Below are positions 32,650 to 42,470 of a stretch of 64,000 nucleotides of DNA, one piece after another. The notes below the pieces were generated by a model, which did not search any database, was not told the origin of the DNA, and saw only the letters and a program-made list of their open reading frames with translations. A program made the translations under genes and the position numbers. Each line of letters opens with the position of its first letter. Positions within the stretch are counted from its first letter, which is position 1. Source of the stretch: Candidatus Latescibacterota bacterium. GTDB lineage: Bacteria > Latescibacterota > UBA2968 > UBA8231. Location: NCBI GenBank assembly GCA_965197905.1, contig CBDAOB010000003.1:257937-321936 (forward strand), given 5' to 3'.

Positions 32650-33609
32650 TCATTCCGCCGGCCACGCGTCGAGCCCAAGAAGCCGTCGGCCGAGCGGGCT
32701 GAGCGGGCACGACGGCACATCGTCCTGGCCGGCGACCCGCTCCGGCACCGGACGCCCATAGTCGGTCTGCAGCCCCTCCCGCCACTGTGTTATCCGACTG
32801 CGGCGCTCGGCCTCGAGCCCGCCGCACTTCTCACCCAGCGCACTGCCGTCATTGCTTGGAGGTGAGCTCGGCCAGAATATCCGGAGGCCGGTTTCGTGGC
32901 CCTGCTCTGTCGCCGGCCACATCGTCATGAATTGAGCAAGTCGCGGTTTCGACGAAGTGTTGTAACAATGGCCGTGCGGGTTGAATGAATCCCAAATTAA
33001 AAAATCACCGGCCTTGCCCGCAATGGGCGTTGGGCTCTCCAGTCCCTGCTCCATCGGCACACCGTTGCTAAACCCAAACTCGAAATCGCCGTTCCTTGAG
33101 GCGTGCCAGGTCTCGTAGCGGTCCTGGAACCCGGGGACACACTGAAAGGTGCCTTGATCTGCGGCCGTGTCCTCCAAATAGACTACCGCCTGGAACAGCC
33201 TGAAGCGCTTCGGGGTAGTGGCCGCCGGAAAGTCCCAGTGCAGCAAACCGCGCGGGTCGTCGGTCACGCCCCACCCCGGCCTGTCAGCCCGGAGCGGCGG
33301 CTTGAGGATGCAGCGGTCGAGGTTGACCCACAGGTTGTCCGTCCCCCACAGATCGGCGAAGGCGCGGTGGATTTTGGGGCTCTGGCGCACGCGCCACATC
33401 GCCGGCGTGTGCATCTGTCGCATAAATCCGTACTTCTGCAGATTGTCGCCGTTCGGATCCTCATACCAGGAGTCCGGGTTGTTGCGGTCCATCCGCATGT
33501 GGCTCCAGATGCCGTCTACCACGGCGGCCAAGTCCTCGTAGGGGACGGAGTCGGGGATGACCACGTATCCTTCCTCCTCCATGTGCTGATGGTCCGCCGC
33601 GGTCAGCAT
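32650..33609 (-). CDS. PhyH-like Fe(II)/2OG dioxygenase
   Basis: GYVVIPDSVPYEDL...HWDF...NPHGH pattern. Confidence 0.6.
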   Translation of the reverse strand: MLTAADHQHMEEEGYVVIPDSVPYEDLAAVVDGIWSHMRMDRNNPDSWYEDPNGDNLQKYGFMRQMHTPAMWRVRQSPKIHRAFADLWGTDNLWVNLDRCILKPPLRADRPGWGVTDDPRGLLHWDFPAATTPKRFRLFQAVVYLEDTAADQGTFQCVPGFQDRYETWHASRNGDFEFGFSNGVPMEQGLESPTPIAGKAGDFLIWDSFNPHGHCYNTSSKPRLAQFMTMWPATEQGHETGLRIFWPSSPPSNDGSALGEKCGGLEAERRSRITQWREGLQTDYGRPVPERVAGQDDVPSCPLSPLGRRLLGLDAWPAE

Positions 33610-33643
33610 GCGTGCGCTCCTGTGGTTACGTGAGACATTCTGA

Positions 33644-34234
33644 CTAATCTCTCAAAGCACAGCATCTGATCCATGTTCCACTGGACCAAAGATCCAGAGT
33701 CCGGAAGCCATTGCTCGTCAGACCACACTCCAGATCTTTAGCTTTCCAATAAGTAAACCATCGCGGCAGTGATTTGTCATAAGGACCATATTCCCATCCC
33801 TCTCCAGAGCCTTCCTTCACACTCATAAAAATGACTCCCTTTGGCCTTAGGACACAACAAAATTCCCGTAGTGTTTGAGCTACAACGTCTCGTTCGACAT
33901 GAAGAAAGGAGGCATTTACCCACAAGCCATCAGCAATGGGCTTAAAGGGAAGGTGTTCCATATCCGTCTGCACGAATAATCCAGGGAAGTGGCGTTTTCC
34001 AACTTTGATCATCTGGCTTGATAATTCAACACCAACAACGCGAAATCCTCGATCTCGTAGCTGTTGGGCGTCGAAACCTGGACCACATCCAATGTCTAAA
34101 ACTAGACTACCCTGCGTCAGATGTTGCGTGAAACGGTCCAGATTCTCCTTAATCCGGCCTCTGTCCCTGTTTCGTTCGAGAAAGCGCTCAGCAATCTGGT
34201 TATAAGTTTGAGTCGTGCGAGTTTTAGCTGGCAT
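33644..34234 (-). CDS. class I SAM-dependent methyltransferase
   Basis: VLDIGCGPGFDAQQLRDRGFRVVGVELS. Confidence 0.7.
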   Translation of the reverse strand: MPAKTRTTQTYNQIAERFLERNRDRGRIKENLDRFTQHLTQGSLVLDIGCGPGFDAQQLRDRGFRVVGVELSSQMIKVGKRHFPGLFVQTDMEHLPFKPIADGLWVNASFLHVERDVVAQTLREFCCVLRPKGVIFMSVKEGSGEGWEYGPYDKSLPRWFTYWKAKDLECGLTSNGFRTLDLWSSGTWIRCCALRD

Positions 34235-34255
34235 GCGCTTTCTGACAGTGAATTG

Positions 34256-34273
34256 CTGTCATATATGACGTGG
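34256..34273. repeat. collapsed attC-like remnant (termini only: tgtcat|atatgacgtggg)
   Basis: 22 bp upstream of the methyltransferase start; resembles fused left and right ends of the element. Confidence 0.3.
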
Positions 34274-34543
34274 GATTCCTCTCTCCGGTGCCCACTCGAT
34301 CAATCACTGAATCGACAGTTGATTCTTGTGGAACTCGATGGCCTCCTGCACGTGGATATCCCAATACTCAAACTCGATGACCTCCTGGGTACTCTTCGTA
34401 CTCATGTGGCATTCCGAGAGGCTTGAGATGGGCAGCGAACTCCCGATTCTCCTCGAGGAGGTAGTCCTCCGTACCAGCGGAGCCGTCGGTTTGATGTTAT
34501 GGGATGTGCCCCTCCGAATTCAAGATAATGTGATCAGCGCTTC

Positions 34544-35149
34544 TCATCGAAGCAGAGTAAACAGGTCGTCCTGATGGTGACGCGCAGCCCAATGAAGGGG
34601 CTTCTGGCCAGCACGATCGAGTACGTTCTTATCTGCGCCGTGTGCCAAAAGCAGGTCTACAAACTCTTTGTGGCCATAAGCCGCCGCTAGGTGAAGCGGT
34701 GATTCGCCGACTACAGGTGGGGAAGTGTTGAACATGTCGGTTGTGCCCTGCGTGGTTTGACAGTTCACTTCAGCCCCTTTATCGATGAGAAGTTGACCAA
34801 TAGATAACAAGCCCTTATACGCCGCGGCCATTAACGGGGTCTCGCCGCTGCCCGAGGTGGCATTGGGATCCATACCCTGATCGAGAACGAACTGAACGAT
34901 CTCTTCCTGGTCCTCCCATACGGCCAGATGCAATGCGGTGCCATCCTGGCCCACTGTGTTCAGGTCTGCACCATGCTCCAAAAGCAACTTGATGATATCT
35001 ATGTGGCCAAAGGTCGCCATCATCAGTGGGGTACCGCCCTCGGAGTTTTTTGCGTTAATAAGCTCAGGATCTTTCCTCAGTAGGTTCCGTACCGTCTCAA
35101 TATCGCCCTTAAACGATGCGTTAAGGATATCTTGTTGATCCTGTTCCAT
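34544..35149 (-). CDS. ankyrin-repeat protein
   Basis: repeated G.TPLH.A......IV..LL..GAD.N motifs. Confidence 0.8.
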   Translation of the reverse strand: MEQDQQDILNASFKGDIETVRNLLRKDPELINAKNSEGGTPLMMATFGHIDIIKLLLEHGADLNTVGQDGTALHLAVWEDQEEIVQFVLDQGMDPNATSGSGETPLMAAAYKGLLSIGQLLIDKGAEVNCQTTQGTTDMFNTSPPVVGESPLHLAAAYGHKEFVDLLLAHGADKNVLDRAGQKPLHWAARHHQDDLFTLLR

Positions 35150-35181
35150 GCGATTCGCTCCTGTGATTCATAGGTGGCATT

Positions 35182-35275
35182 TCCCATAACGTTCTCGCCG
35201 TGACCGAACCGCGAATGCGGTTGCGCGAAGGGCGCGAGCCCGAGCCGGGCCACGGAGGTGTTACAGGACGTGGGG
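35182..35275. repeat. attC-like element, family A
   Basis: ccATAACgttctcgccgtgaccgaaccgcgaatgcggttgcgcgaagggcg...GTTACAGgacgtgg. Confidence 0.55.
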
Positions 35276-35300
35276 CACTCAAGCGACCGAACAGTTCCCG

Positions 35301-35395
35301 TACGAGTTTCGCCGGTTTAGCGAACCCGGGCAGCTGGTTGCCAAAGGCCAACGCGCGAGCGCCGCAGCGCAAAACCTGCTGTTAAGCGAAGGTGC
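35301..35395. repeat. attC-like element, family B (adjacent to the previous one; empty cassette?)
   Basis: ccggtttagcgaaccc...ggttgccaaaggccaa...gcgccgcagcgc...ctgctGTTAAGcg. Confidence 0.5.
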
Positions 35396-35403
35396 GATCT
35401 ACA

Positions 35404-36018
35404 CTATCTGAGCACTTCGAGAATCTGCTCAGGACGTTGCCGTTTTTCAGCGTAATCAAAAGGCGTCTCTCCCTTTGAGGACACCAGTTCCTTGTCGGCA
35501 CCAGCCGCTAGCAGAAGCTCGATGACCTCTTTGTCTGCGAACGCTGCCGCGAGGTGAAGGGGTGCCTCGCCATAGGTTCGTGGAGGATCGTCACTGGAAG
35601 TCGGAGCGTCATCGTGGCTCCTGTTCACATCAGCGCCCGCCTCAATAAAGAACTCGACCACCTCAGGCTTGTTCAGCTTGGCACCAATATGGAGACCGGT
35701 TAGGCCGTTGACTGCTGAAGGCAGGTTGATATCCGCGCCTGAATCCAGATAGAGCTGCAGGTACTCCAATTGGCCACGGCCGGCTGAGAACATCAACAAC
35801 GTTCCTTCGTCGAATGTATTGTGATTGACATCTGTCCCATTGAGGAAGAGATAGCGCATGATTGCGCCATGCTCAGAGGTTTCAACCATAGGGGGGATTA
35901 CAGCCGCAGTGATACAAGAAGCATCCACACCACCCTCTATCAGTTGACTCACACGCTTGTAGTCGCCTTCTCTGACGGCCAGTTTCAGTAAATCGTTTTG
36001 GCCCGTCTGTTCAGACAT
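35404..36018 (-). CDS. ankyrin-repeat protein
   Basis: start moved to MSEQTGQNDLLKLAV (GGAGG RBS); ANK repeats follow; the upstream extension is Arg/Gly-rich junk. Confidence 0.75.
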   Translation of the reverse strand: MSEQTGQNDLLKLAVREGDYKRVSQLIEGGVDASCITAAVIPPMVETSEHGAIMRYLFLNGTDVNHNTFDEGTLLMFSAGRGQLEYLQLYLDSGADINLPSAVNGLTGLHIGAKLNKPEVVEFFIEAGADVNRSHDDAPTSSDDPPRTYGEAPLHLAAAFADKEVIELLLAAGADKELVSSKGETPFDYAEKRQRPEQILEVLR

Positions 36019-36122
36019 GTACCCTCCTTGCTGATATATGATGTGGGCTTTACTCCGACAAATAGAAATTGACCTACCTTCAGCCGCGCCGGCTTCCGGA
36101 GCTTCAGGGCTTCGTTCTGCCG

Positions 36123-37115
36123 TTAATAGTCTACACCACGCACGCCGTCGACCACTCTGCCCAGCGCATCCAGTCGGGAATGGACGTCCGGTGAAAGACG
36201 GCCCAAAGCTGCGCAGCCGACGTTTTCCTCCAGTTGTTCCACTGTCGCTGCACCAGGGATCACGGTGGCTACATCCTTGTCTGCCAGCAGAAATCGCATT
36301 GCAAGCGCGGCCAGACTGATCCCGATCTCTTGATGGATCGCATAGAGCTCTGCAAAGCGAGCCCGAAGGTCGTCGTCCATCCAATCGGGAGGATGTTCTA
36401 TCCACTCTTCACGAGGAAAGGCCAGTTCCCCCTGCTGCAGAGGCGCCCCGAGTACCACACCTTGGCCCAATTCCTTGGCCAGTGGCAGAAGGTACTGTCT
36501 CGCGTTGCGCCAGATCAGGCTGTACTGAAATCCGACCAGCACGACTTCCACGGGGAGAGTGATCTCCTGCAGTATCTTTGCCAGGAGGTGAGCATTGTTG
36601 CCGGAAATGCCGAGATGCTTCGCCATTCCCTTCTCCTTGGCCCACAACAGGAACTGCGTCACCGGCGCGTTACCGTAGTCGTAAACGCCGTCTGCGCAGA
36701 TGTGCCGTGTCTTGCGCGGCGTGACCTCGTCCTGCCAATATACCCTCCAATCGGCCTCGTGGATGTAGAGGATGTCCACGCAATCGCGCCGCAGAGCCCG
36801 CAGCGTCTGCTCGAACTGCACCTTGAAGGCGTTCAACTCGCGGTACGGACCGGTCCGCCAGTCCCATCGTCCGCACTTCGTCCCCAATATATATGGTTCC
36901 TTTCGCCCCTGGAGAGCTTCCCCTAGGACCTCCTGAGAATTTCCGTAGAGGGGAGCGGTGTCGAAATAGTTCACTCCCAGTCCCAAAGCGCGATGGACAA
37001 CACGAGTAGCTTCATCGCGCGCCGTCGCTCCCTCACTGATGAAGGCCCCGCCCAAGCCAACCTCGGTAACCTCCAGACCTGTCTTTCCCAACGGCCGTTT
37101 GCTGATTCCGGTCAT
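36123..37115 (-). CDS. aldo/keto reductase
   Basis: LGKTGLEVTEVGLG...FDTAPLYGNSQEVLGEAL...YILGTKCG. Confidence 0.8.
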   Translation of the reverse strand: MTGISKRPLGKTGLEVTEVGLGGAFISEGATARDEATRVVHRALGLGVNYFDTAPLYGNSQEVLGEALQGRKEPYILGTKCGRWDWRTGPYRELNAFKVQFEQTLRALRRDCVDILYIHEADWRVYWQDEVTPRKTRHICADGVYDYGNAPVTQFLLWAKEKGMAKHLGISGNNAHLLAKILQEITLPVEVVLVGFQYSLIWRNARQYLLPLAKELGQGVVLGAPLQQGELAFPREEWIEHPPDWMDDDLRARFAELYAIHQEIGISLAALAMRFLLADKDVATVIPGAATVEQLEENVGCAALGRLSPDVHSRLDALGRVVDGVRGVDY

Positions 37116-37127
37116 ACGCCAAGTCTC

Positions 37128-37245
37128 CTTCGAATGAAATTCCGGCTTGCCCTTGCACACGCCAAAGGCGTCTTACTGCCCGAAGGGCCAAGGCGCCATC
37201 GGCGCCGTAGCGTAAACTGCGCTGTTAACTGACGTTTCCACAACC
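37128..37245. repeat. attC-like element, family B
   Basis: ...cccgaagggccaaggcgccatcggcgccgtagcgtaaactgcgctGTTAACtgacg; 13 bp upstream of the AKR start. Confidence 0.55.
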
Positions 37246-37279
37246 GAGCTTGAAACTCTCATGAGCCGCCAACACTTCG

Positions 37280-37630
37280 CTAGCTGTCCGAGGTGCGCGG
37301 CTCACCTCCAAAACGGAGTACATTGCCATCCAAATCGGCGACATGCATCTCGCAAGCCCATGGATTATCGATCAAATCGCCTTTGACGTGCGCACCCGAC
37401 GAACCGAACTCGGCATGAAGTGCTTCAATGTCCTCAACGCCCACCCAGATTCTCCCGCTTGCTTCTCCGGATAAACTGGCATTCAGGAATATCTTCCAGC
37501 CAGCTCGACTCACAGAGGCAAACGAATCCTCGTATGTCCAATCCACATCGAAGCCCAAGGCCTTCTGATAGTACTCCAGGCTACTGTGAAAGTCGGAACA
37601 ACTCAGAATGGGAATTATGTTTTCTACCAT
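37280..37630 (-). CDS. VOC/glyoxalase-family protein
   Basis: 116 aa; ILSCSDFHSSLEYYQKALGF...DLDGNVLRFG. Confidence 0.6.
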   Translation of the reverse strand: MVENIIPILSCSDFHSSLEYYQKALGFDVDWTYEDSFASVSRAGWKIFLNASLSGEASGRIWVGVEDIEALHAEFGSSGAHVKGDLIDNPWACEMHVADLDGNVLRFGGEPRTSDS

Positions 37631-37794
37631 CTCCGTTTCTCCCTAATCATTTGCCCTCCCAGGTTTCGCTCTGAAGTCGATCAAATCCTCTTAGACTATC
37701 CTCTGGTTTCAGTATCTCTCTGGTGCCCATATTGTATCGGTCACCGGACCTAAGAAAGTAAAACCGCCCCGCTCGTCCGAAAGTCCGCTGGTTG

Positions 37795-38463
37795 TCATAG
37801 ATCGCCACATAGCTTCTCCCAAAGAACCTCGAACTCATCGCCGTGAACGATAATTGCCGTGCCCTCATCTATCCCTATGCCAAGTAGCTCAGGATGGGCG
37901 TCTACTACCTCTAGCATATCATATTGGCGGTTGCGGGCCAGATGATGTTGGTCAATTGACACATTCCGGAGAAACCCAAAACCTTTAACGTGGTCACCAA
38001 TGATGATCTCATGGCCACTCGTATCGCCTCTTATCATGAATGTGCCCTGCAAAGTAGCACCGGCAGAAGAGCCGCCGATTACGCCGCCGCGATCAAGTAG
38101 AGCGAATAGTGCCTCGTGGGTGCGCGTGTTCAGATATGCATCAGTGACCCGCCAATGTCTCCCACCCGTGAACCATACACCTTGAGCGTCTCGAAGCTTG
38201 GACAAGAATTCCTCTGAGTCCGCAACCTCCCTGTCCCGAGTATGCAAGACGCCGAGATTGTGCGCTCCAGCCTGCATGAACGCCTCCATATATGGAGCGT
38301 ATAGGCCAGAGTAGTCCTTTTCGGCCGCGGTGGGCACAAGGACTATGGGTGCACTGCGCCCTCCGGCCAAGGCGATGAATTTGTGATAGATCTCACCGAG
38401 CTCTTCGCCGCCGGCAAGTACCAGTGAGCCATTTTGCGGACCTATATGTGTTTGACCTGGCAA
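37795..38463 (-). CDS. peptidase S51/cyanophycinase-like protein
   Basis: LVLAGGEE...IVLVPTAAE...VWFTGGRHWRV...GGSSAGATL. Confidence 0.65.
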   Translation of the reverse strand: MPGQTHIGPQNGSLVLAGGEELGEIYHKFIALAGGRSAPIVLVPTAAEKDYSGLYAPYMEAFMQAGAHNLGVLHTRDREVADSEEFLSKLRDAQGVWFTGGRHWRVTDAYLNTRTHEALFALLDRGGVIGGSSAGATLQGTFMIRGDTSGHEIIIGDHVKGFGFLRNVSIDQHHLARNRQYDMLEVVDAHPELLGIGIDEGTAIIVHGDEFEVLWEKLCGDL

Positions 38464-38538
38464 GATGACCTCCTACAGACAAATCTCTAGAATCGCGTGT
38501 CGCTAACGTTGTCAGCCGGCGTTTATGTCGATGCGATT

Positions 38539-38603
38539 TTCCGCTAACGGCCTGCCGGTTTGCGAACCCCCAAGCGAGGTATGTAGGGCTGCGTGAACCG
38601 AGA
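38539..38603. repeat. attC-like element, family B (partial)
   Basis: ctaacggcctgccggtttgcgaacccccaagcgagg... Confidence 0.4.
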
Positions 38604-38663
38604 TGATATCTGATGTGGTTTTTTAAGTTCCCTTTACAAATGAAGGCCAAATAACGTTCCGGA

Positions 38664-39446
38664 TTATCCTATCTCATTAATCACGTCTGCTGCCCGTCCC
38701 TTCTTGATCCACACCCTTCCTTCGGCTTTGGAGTGGGCTTTGGGCTCCACATCACCAAAGGACAGCATTATGTCGGTGCATGGATTGCCGCGATTACTGT
38801 GGAGGAAGTATGCCCGATCGGCCTGAATTCCAGTGCAGACCTCTTCGTGCCCATTCTCGCTTATCATAAACGGCTTATCGAGACGGCGTCTGTTGAAACC
38901 CCAGAATTCCCGATAGAACACATGGTCGTAGGATTGGTCGCCAATCAAGTACGCCTGAAATGCGTTGGACTGACCGGCATTTCTTTCCAAGCTTGCAAGA
39001 GATGTTATGCTGCCTGAGGACAGCACATAGGTGTCCTCATCGGACCACCATGGCGCATCGAGGAACCGAAGGCAGATTGCTCCCCCAGCTTTGTGGAGGG
39101 TTTGCTCACCGAGATTGGTCAGTCTGATGCAGAAATCCACAGCGCATTCGTGTGCTACAATGGTTGCAGTCCACTCAACAGGACCGTCAGCCGGCATGCG
39201 GATACCGACACATTCAAAGGTGCCTTCATCAACCTTCAGGAAATTGCCAGGGCCTATGGTGCTTTCTCCAGAAACGTGCTGCCTTAGTCGCGCGTCATTC
39301 CACTCCCATGTGCCGATTGGGTAAATACTTGAAATGCCCGTGTTGCTGGTGATGGCTTCAGGGACCCAAAGTAGAAGACGGCCTACCGCCGGAATGCCCG
39401 TATCAATCCGAATCCGTGACGTGTTCTCTATAGGTTCGAGTTCCAT
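38664..39446 (-). CDS. hypothetical protein
   Basis: 260-aa ORF with coding-like composition; no family recognised. Confidence 0.4.
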   Translation of the reverse strand: MELEPIENTSRIRIDTGIPAVGRLLLWVPEAITSNTGISSIYPIGTWEWNDARLRQHVSGESTIGPGNFLKVDEGTFECVGIRMPADGPVEWTATIVAHECAVDFCIRLTNLGEQTLHKAGGAICLRFLDAPWWSDEDTYVLSSGSITSLASLERNAGQSNAFQAYLIGDQSYDHVFYREFWGFNRRRLDKPFMISENGHEEVCTGIQADRAYFLHSNRGNPCTDIMLSFGDVEPKAHSKAEGRVWIKKGRAADVINEIG

Positions 39447-39517
39447 TTTTCCGTTTCACATATCTTCCAGAATGCGGCCGCCCAATGTCTGCTTTCGATC
39501 AGAATCGGGCGGCATCG

Positions 39518-40546
39518 CTACGGGACGATGATGACTTTACCAATTCCCTGTTTTTCGCCCACACGCCGGAGAGCTTCCCCCGCATCACAGAGTGGGTAAC
39601 AGCGATCGACAACCGGTATGACTTTACCCTCCTCAAACAGCTCTCCGATATCAACTAAGTCTTCACGCCGCGACTCGGCCAAAAGGAATGCTATCCTGCG
39701 ACTGCCGAACGTTGAGATTACGGGTCCGAGTAACGCGGACTGCCAGGTCGCCGTACCAGACCCGCCACCCATCAGATAGATTCCGGACGCAGTCAAAGAC
39801 CGACGAGACCGAAATACATTTCTGTACGCCGCCATGTCGAGGATGACGTCGTACCGTTTCCCGTTTCGATTGAAATCTACCTGCATGTAGTCAATTACGT
39901 GATCCGCACCAATTGATCTCAGCATCTCGAGCTTCGTAGGCCCGTCAACCCCGGCAACATCGGCGCCGTACATTTTGGCTAGCTGCACAGCCAGAGTCCC
40001 CGCACCACCACCGGCACCATTGATCAGGACTGTTTGGCCGGGCTGAACCTGTGCCTTGTCACGGATTGCTTGTAGGGCGATGTGTGTTGCCTGCGGTAGG
40101 GCCGCCGCTTGCTCAAAGGACATACTCGCGGGTTTGTTGACCATCGGAGCCGTCTCCGAGACGCACACATATTCAGCAAAGGCACCGAATCCCTCTGCCA
40201 TCCCAAAGACCTCGTCGTTCACTTGAAACTGAGTGACGCTCTTACCCACGGCTTCAACACGCCCTGCAATGTCCGTCCCAAGGATCTTGGCTTTGGGTGG
40301 GAATATGCCGCCCTTTTCCGCCGTCACGCTTGTAGGCGGGAATTCGTACTGCTGTTCGCGAGAAAACAAGTGCGCCAATACGCTGATGAAAAGAGGACGT
40401 CCGGTTAGTAGCTCCCAGTCTCCCAGGTTGATCGACGCGGCACAGACGCGTATCAAGATCTCGTTATCCGAGGGCGAGGGAGTAGCGACATCTTCGAGCT
40501 TCAAGACTTCTGGAAGCCCGTACACTTGTCGAACAGCAGCTTTCAC
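39518..40546 (-). CDS. zinc-type/MDR alcohol dehydrogenase or quinone oxidoreductase
   Basis: MKAAV...ILIRVCAASINLGDW...VLINGAGGGAGTLAVQLAKMYGA. Confidence 0.75.
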   Translation of the reverse strand: MKAAVRQVYGLPEVLKLEDVATPSPSDNEILIRVCAASINLGDWELLTGRPLFISVLAHLFSREQQYEFPPTSVTAEKGGIFPPKAKILGTDIAGRVEAVGKSVTQFQVNDEVFGMAEGFGAFAEYVCVSETAPMVNKPASMSFEQAAALPQATHIALQAIRDKAQVQPGQTVLINGAGGGAGTLAVQLAKMYGADVAGVDGPTKLEMLRSIGADHVIDYMQVDFNRNGKRYDVILDMAAYRNVFRSRRSLTASGIYLMGGGSGTATWQSALLGPVISTFGSRRIAFLLAESRREDLVDIGELFEEGKVIPVVDRCYPLCDAGEALRRVGEKQGIGKVIIVP

Positions 40547-40614
40547 AGCAACACCCTTGGGAACCGGATCGGAGATATACGCTTAGATTCTAGTTCTTCT
40601 TTTCCCATTTCGGA

Positions 40615-40710
40615 TATCGTTTCTCGTGTTTGCGAACCCGAAGCGCAGCGGAGGGTTGCCGCAACGCGGCGCAGGCCGCGCAGTGCAAAAACGATGTTAT
40701 CAGAAGTGAG
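40615..40710. repeat. attC-like element, family B
   Basis: gtttgcgaacccgaagcgcagcggagggttgccgcaacgcggcgcaggccgcgcag... Confidence 0.5.
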
Positions 40711-40787
40711 TCTCTCCTTGCCAATCTGCAAGAGATCTCCCTGAGGCACCCCAATGGACACTTCAGAGCGGAGACCGTCGACCCCTT

Positions 40788-41552
40788 TCAAAGTCTCAGG
40801 CACGCTTCCACAGCGAGCCAGAAGAGCTCTTCTCTGGCTGATATCTTCTGTCCGAATTCTCTGGGATCCCACTCAATTCCGCCAACATCGTCGCCTCCGT
40901 ATAACAGTTGCCCAATCTGCACGCCCCGGAACTGCGCTACAGCAAAAAACGCGGCGGCCTCCATCTCAACTGTTATGCAGCCCTCGGACTTGCGTTTGGC
41001 CACCTTTGCCTTTGTTTCTCGGTAGAATGCATCCGTCGTCCAGGTCATTCCCTGGGTGTAACTGCATCCATGCAAGTCGAGTGTTTGGATGATTGCTTCG
41101 ACTGCGAGTGGGGATGGATGTACCTCGCGACTGGGAGCCAGGTAGTGATAGGACGTGCCCTCGTCCCTTATGGCGGAAGTCGGCACAACAATATCTCCAC
41201 TACCGATCGACTGGTCTAGGACTCCTGCGCCGCCAGATACGATGAATTTCCGCCCTCCACGAGCGATGATCTCCTCTCGGCATCCAGCAGCCAACGGCGC
41301 ACCAACGGGTGATGGAACTATCGCCAGAGTTTGCCCTTCATACCTTCCAGAGAAAACCTGGATCTCGCCCATCTCAGTTTTGAAGGGCGGCAACGCTTCG
41401 CATTCAAGTTGGTCCTTCACACTCTCTATGATCTCTTTGAAGAAGCAAATCACACAGTATTCTGGCACGTCACGATGCTTGATCACCTTTGCCGGCTCAA
41501 TGACCGCGTCTCGCTGCGGGTCGAACTCCAGGATCGGGAAGGAGTGCGACAT
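40788..41552 (-). CDS. nucleoside phosphorylase (PNP/UDP phosphorylase family 1)
   Basis: VSGGAGVL...GDIVVPTSAIRDEGTS...TVEMEAAAFF. Confidence 0.7.
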   Translation of the reverse strand: MSHSFPILEFDPQRDAVIEPAKVIKHRDVPEYCVICFFKEIIESVKDQLECEALPPFKTEMGEIQVFSGRYEGQTLAIVPSPVGAPLAAGCREEIIARGGRKFIVSGGAGVLDQSIGSGDIVVPTSAIRDEGTSYHYLAPSREVHPSPLAVEAIIQTLDLHGCSYTQGMTWTTDAFYRETKAKVAKRKSEGCITVEMEAAAFFAVAQFRGVQIGQLLYGGDDVGGIEWDPREFGQKISAREELFWLAVEACLRL

Positions 41553-41587
41553 CGTCTAACGCCATTCCGTCGAACGAATCGTTTTAG

Positions 41588-41680
41588 TCATTTCTGATAA
41601 TGATTTCGCCGTGCCCGAACCGCGAAGCGGTTGGGCGAAGGGCGTAGCCCGAGGCCGGGACACGGACGTGTTATAGGTCG
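41588..41680. repeat. attC-like element, family A
   Basis: ...tttcgccgtgcccgaaccgcgaagcggttgggcgaagggcgtagcccgaggccgggacacggacgtGTTATAGg. Confidence 0.55.
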
Positions 41681-41702
41681 TTGTGTTTCTATTTGATTCA
41701 TG

Positions 41703-42008
41703 CTATTTAGTTGCAGAGCGCGGTCGGACTTCTCGACTTAGGCGTTCTGCAAGCGCATCCTCCGCTTGATCGAGCTCATAGTCCATTTGAAGACCAAGCC
41801 AGAACTGGGGTGACATGTCGAAGTAACGGGCTAAACGCAATGCCGTATCGGCCGTAACACCTCTCTTGCCCAAGGCAATCTCGTTGATTCGGCGCGGTGG
41901 TACGCCAAGGGCCAGTGCCAACCGGTTCTGACTGAGTTCCATTGGCTTGAGAAATTCTTCCAACAGGACTTCGCCGGGATGTAATGGGGTTATTTTCTTC
42001 TTTGCCAC
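41703..42008 (-). CDS. higA: HigA-family antitoxin (XRE HTH)
   Basis: HPGEVLLEEFLKPMELSQNRLALALGVPPRRINEIALGKRGVTADTALRLARYF; directly downstream of higB. Confidence 0.75.
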   Translation of the reverse strand: MAKKKITPLHPGEVLLEEFLKPMELSQNRLALALGVPPRRINEIALGKRGVTADTALRLARYFDMSPQFWLGLQMDYELDQAEDALAERLSREVRPRSATK

Positions 42009-42017
42009 GGTAGCCTC

Positions 42018-42299
42018 CTAGTGATAATCTGCAATTTTCACGTTGTAGGCGTCACCGCCTTGCCAATCAAAGCAGATGCGCCATTGGTCATTGATTCGAA
42101 TACTGTATTGTCCAATTCTGCCGCCCCGCAGCTTCTTTAAGCGATTTGCCGGCGGCACCCTCGGATCGTTCAATGTCATCGACCGGTTTAGCATACGGAG
42201 TTTGCGAAACGCAACGGATTGAATGGCGCGCGGCAATTTTCGTGAGCCTTGGCGCGAAAAGATGCGTTCAGTCTCCCGATCGCGAAATGACCTGATCAT
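42018..42299 (-). CDS. higB: HigB-family toxin (RelE/ParE superfamily)
   Basis: MIRSFRDRETERIF...QYSIRINDQWRICFDWQGGDAYNVKIADYH; 10-bp gap to higA. Confidence 0.7.
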   Translation of the reverse strand: MIRSFRDRETERIFSRQGSRKLPRAIQSVAFRKLRMLNRSMTLNDPRVPPANRLKKLRGGRIGQYSIRINDQWRICFDWQGGDAYNVKIADYH

Positions 42300-42394
42300 A
42301 CCACAATTATATAACGCACTACGTTTAACGCAACCCGTTATGACGATGACATGCCTTAAAGTTGCGAACCAGTGTTTTCGCAATGACCTATGAC

Positions 42395-42470
42395 GTTATG
42401 CCGGTTTGCGAACCTGGACGAGTAACAGAAGGCAGGTTGCCCGAAGGGTCGAGGCGCCGCAGGCGCCGAT
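42395..42470. repeat. attC-like element, family B, left part (interrupted by the ORF-less intron; right part at 43221-43262)
   Basis: ccggtttgcgaacctggacgagtaacagaaggcaggttgcccgaagggtcgaggcgccgcaggcgccgatg | intron | cgtaaactgcgctGTTACCcgatg. Confidence 0.55.
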
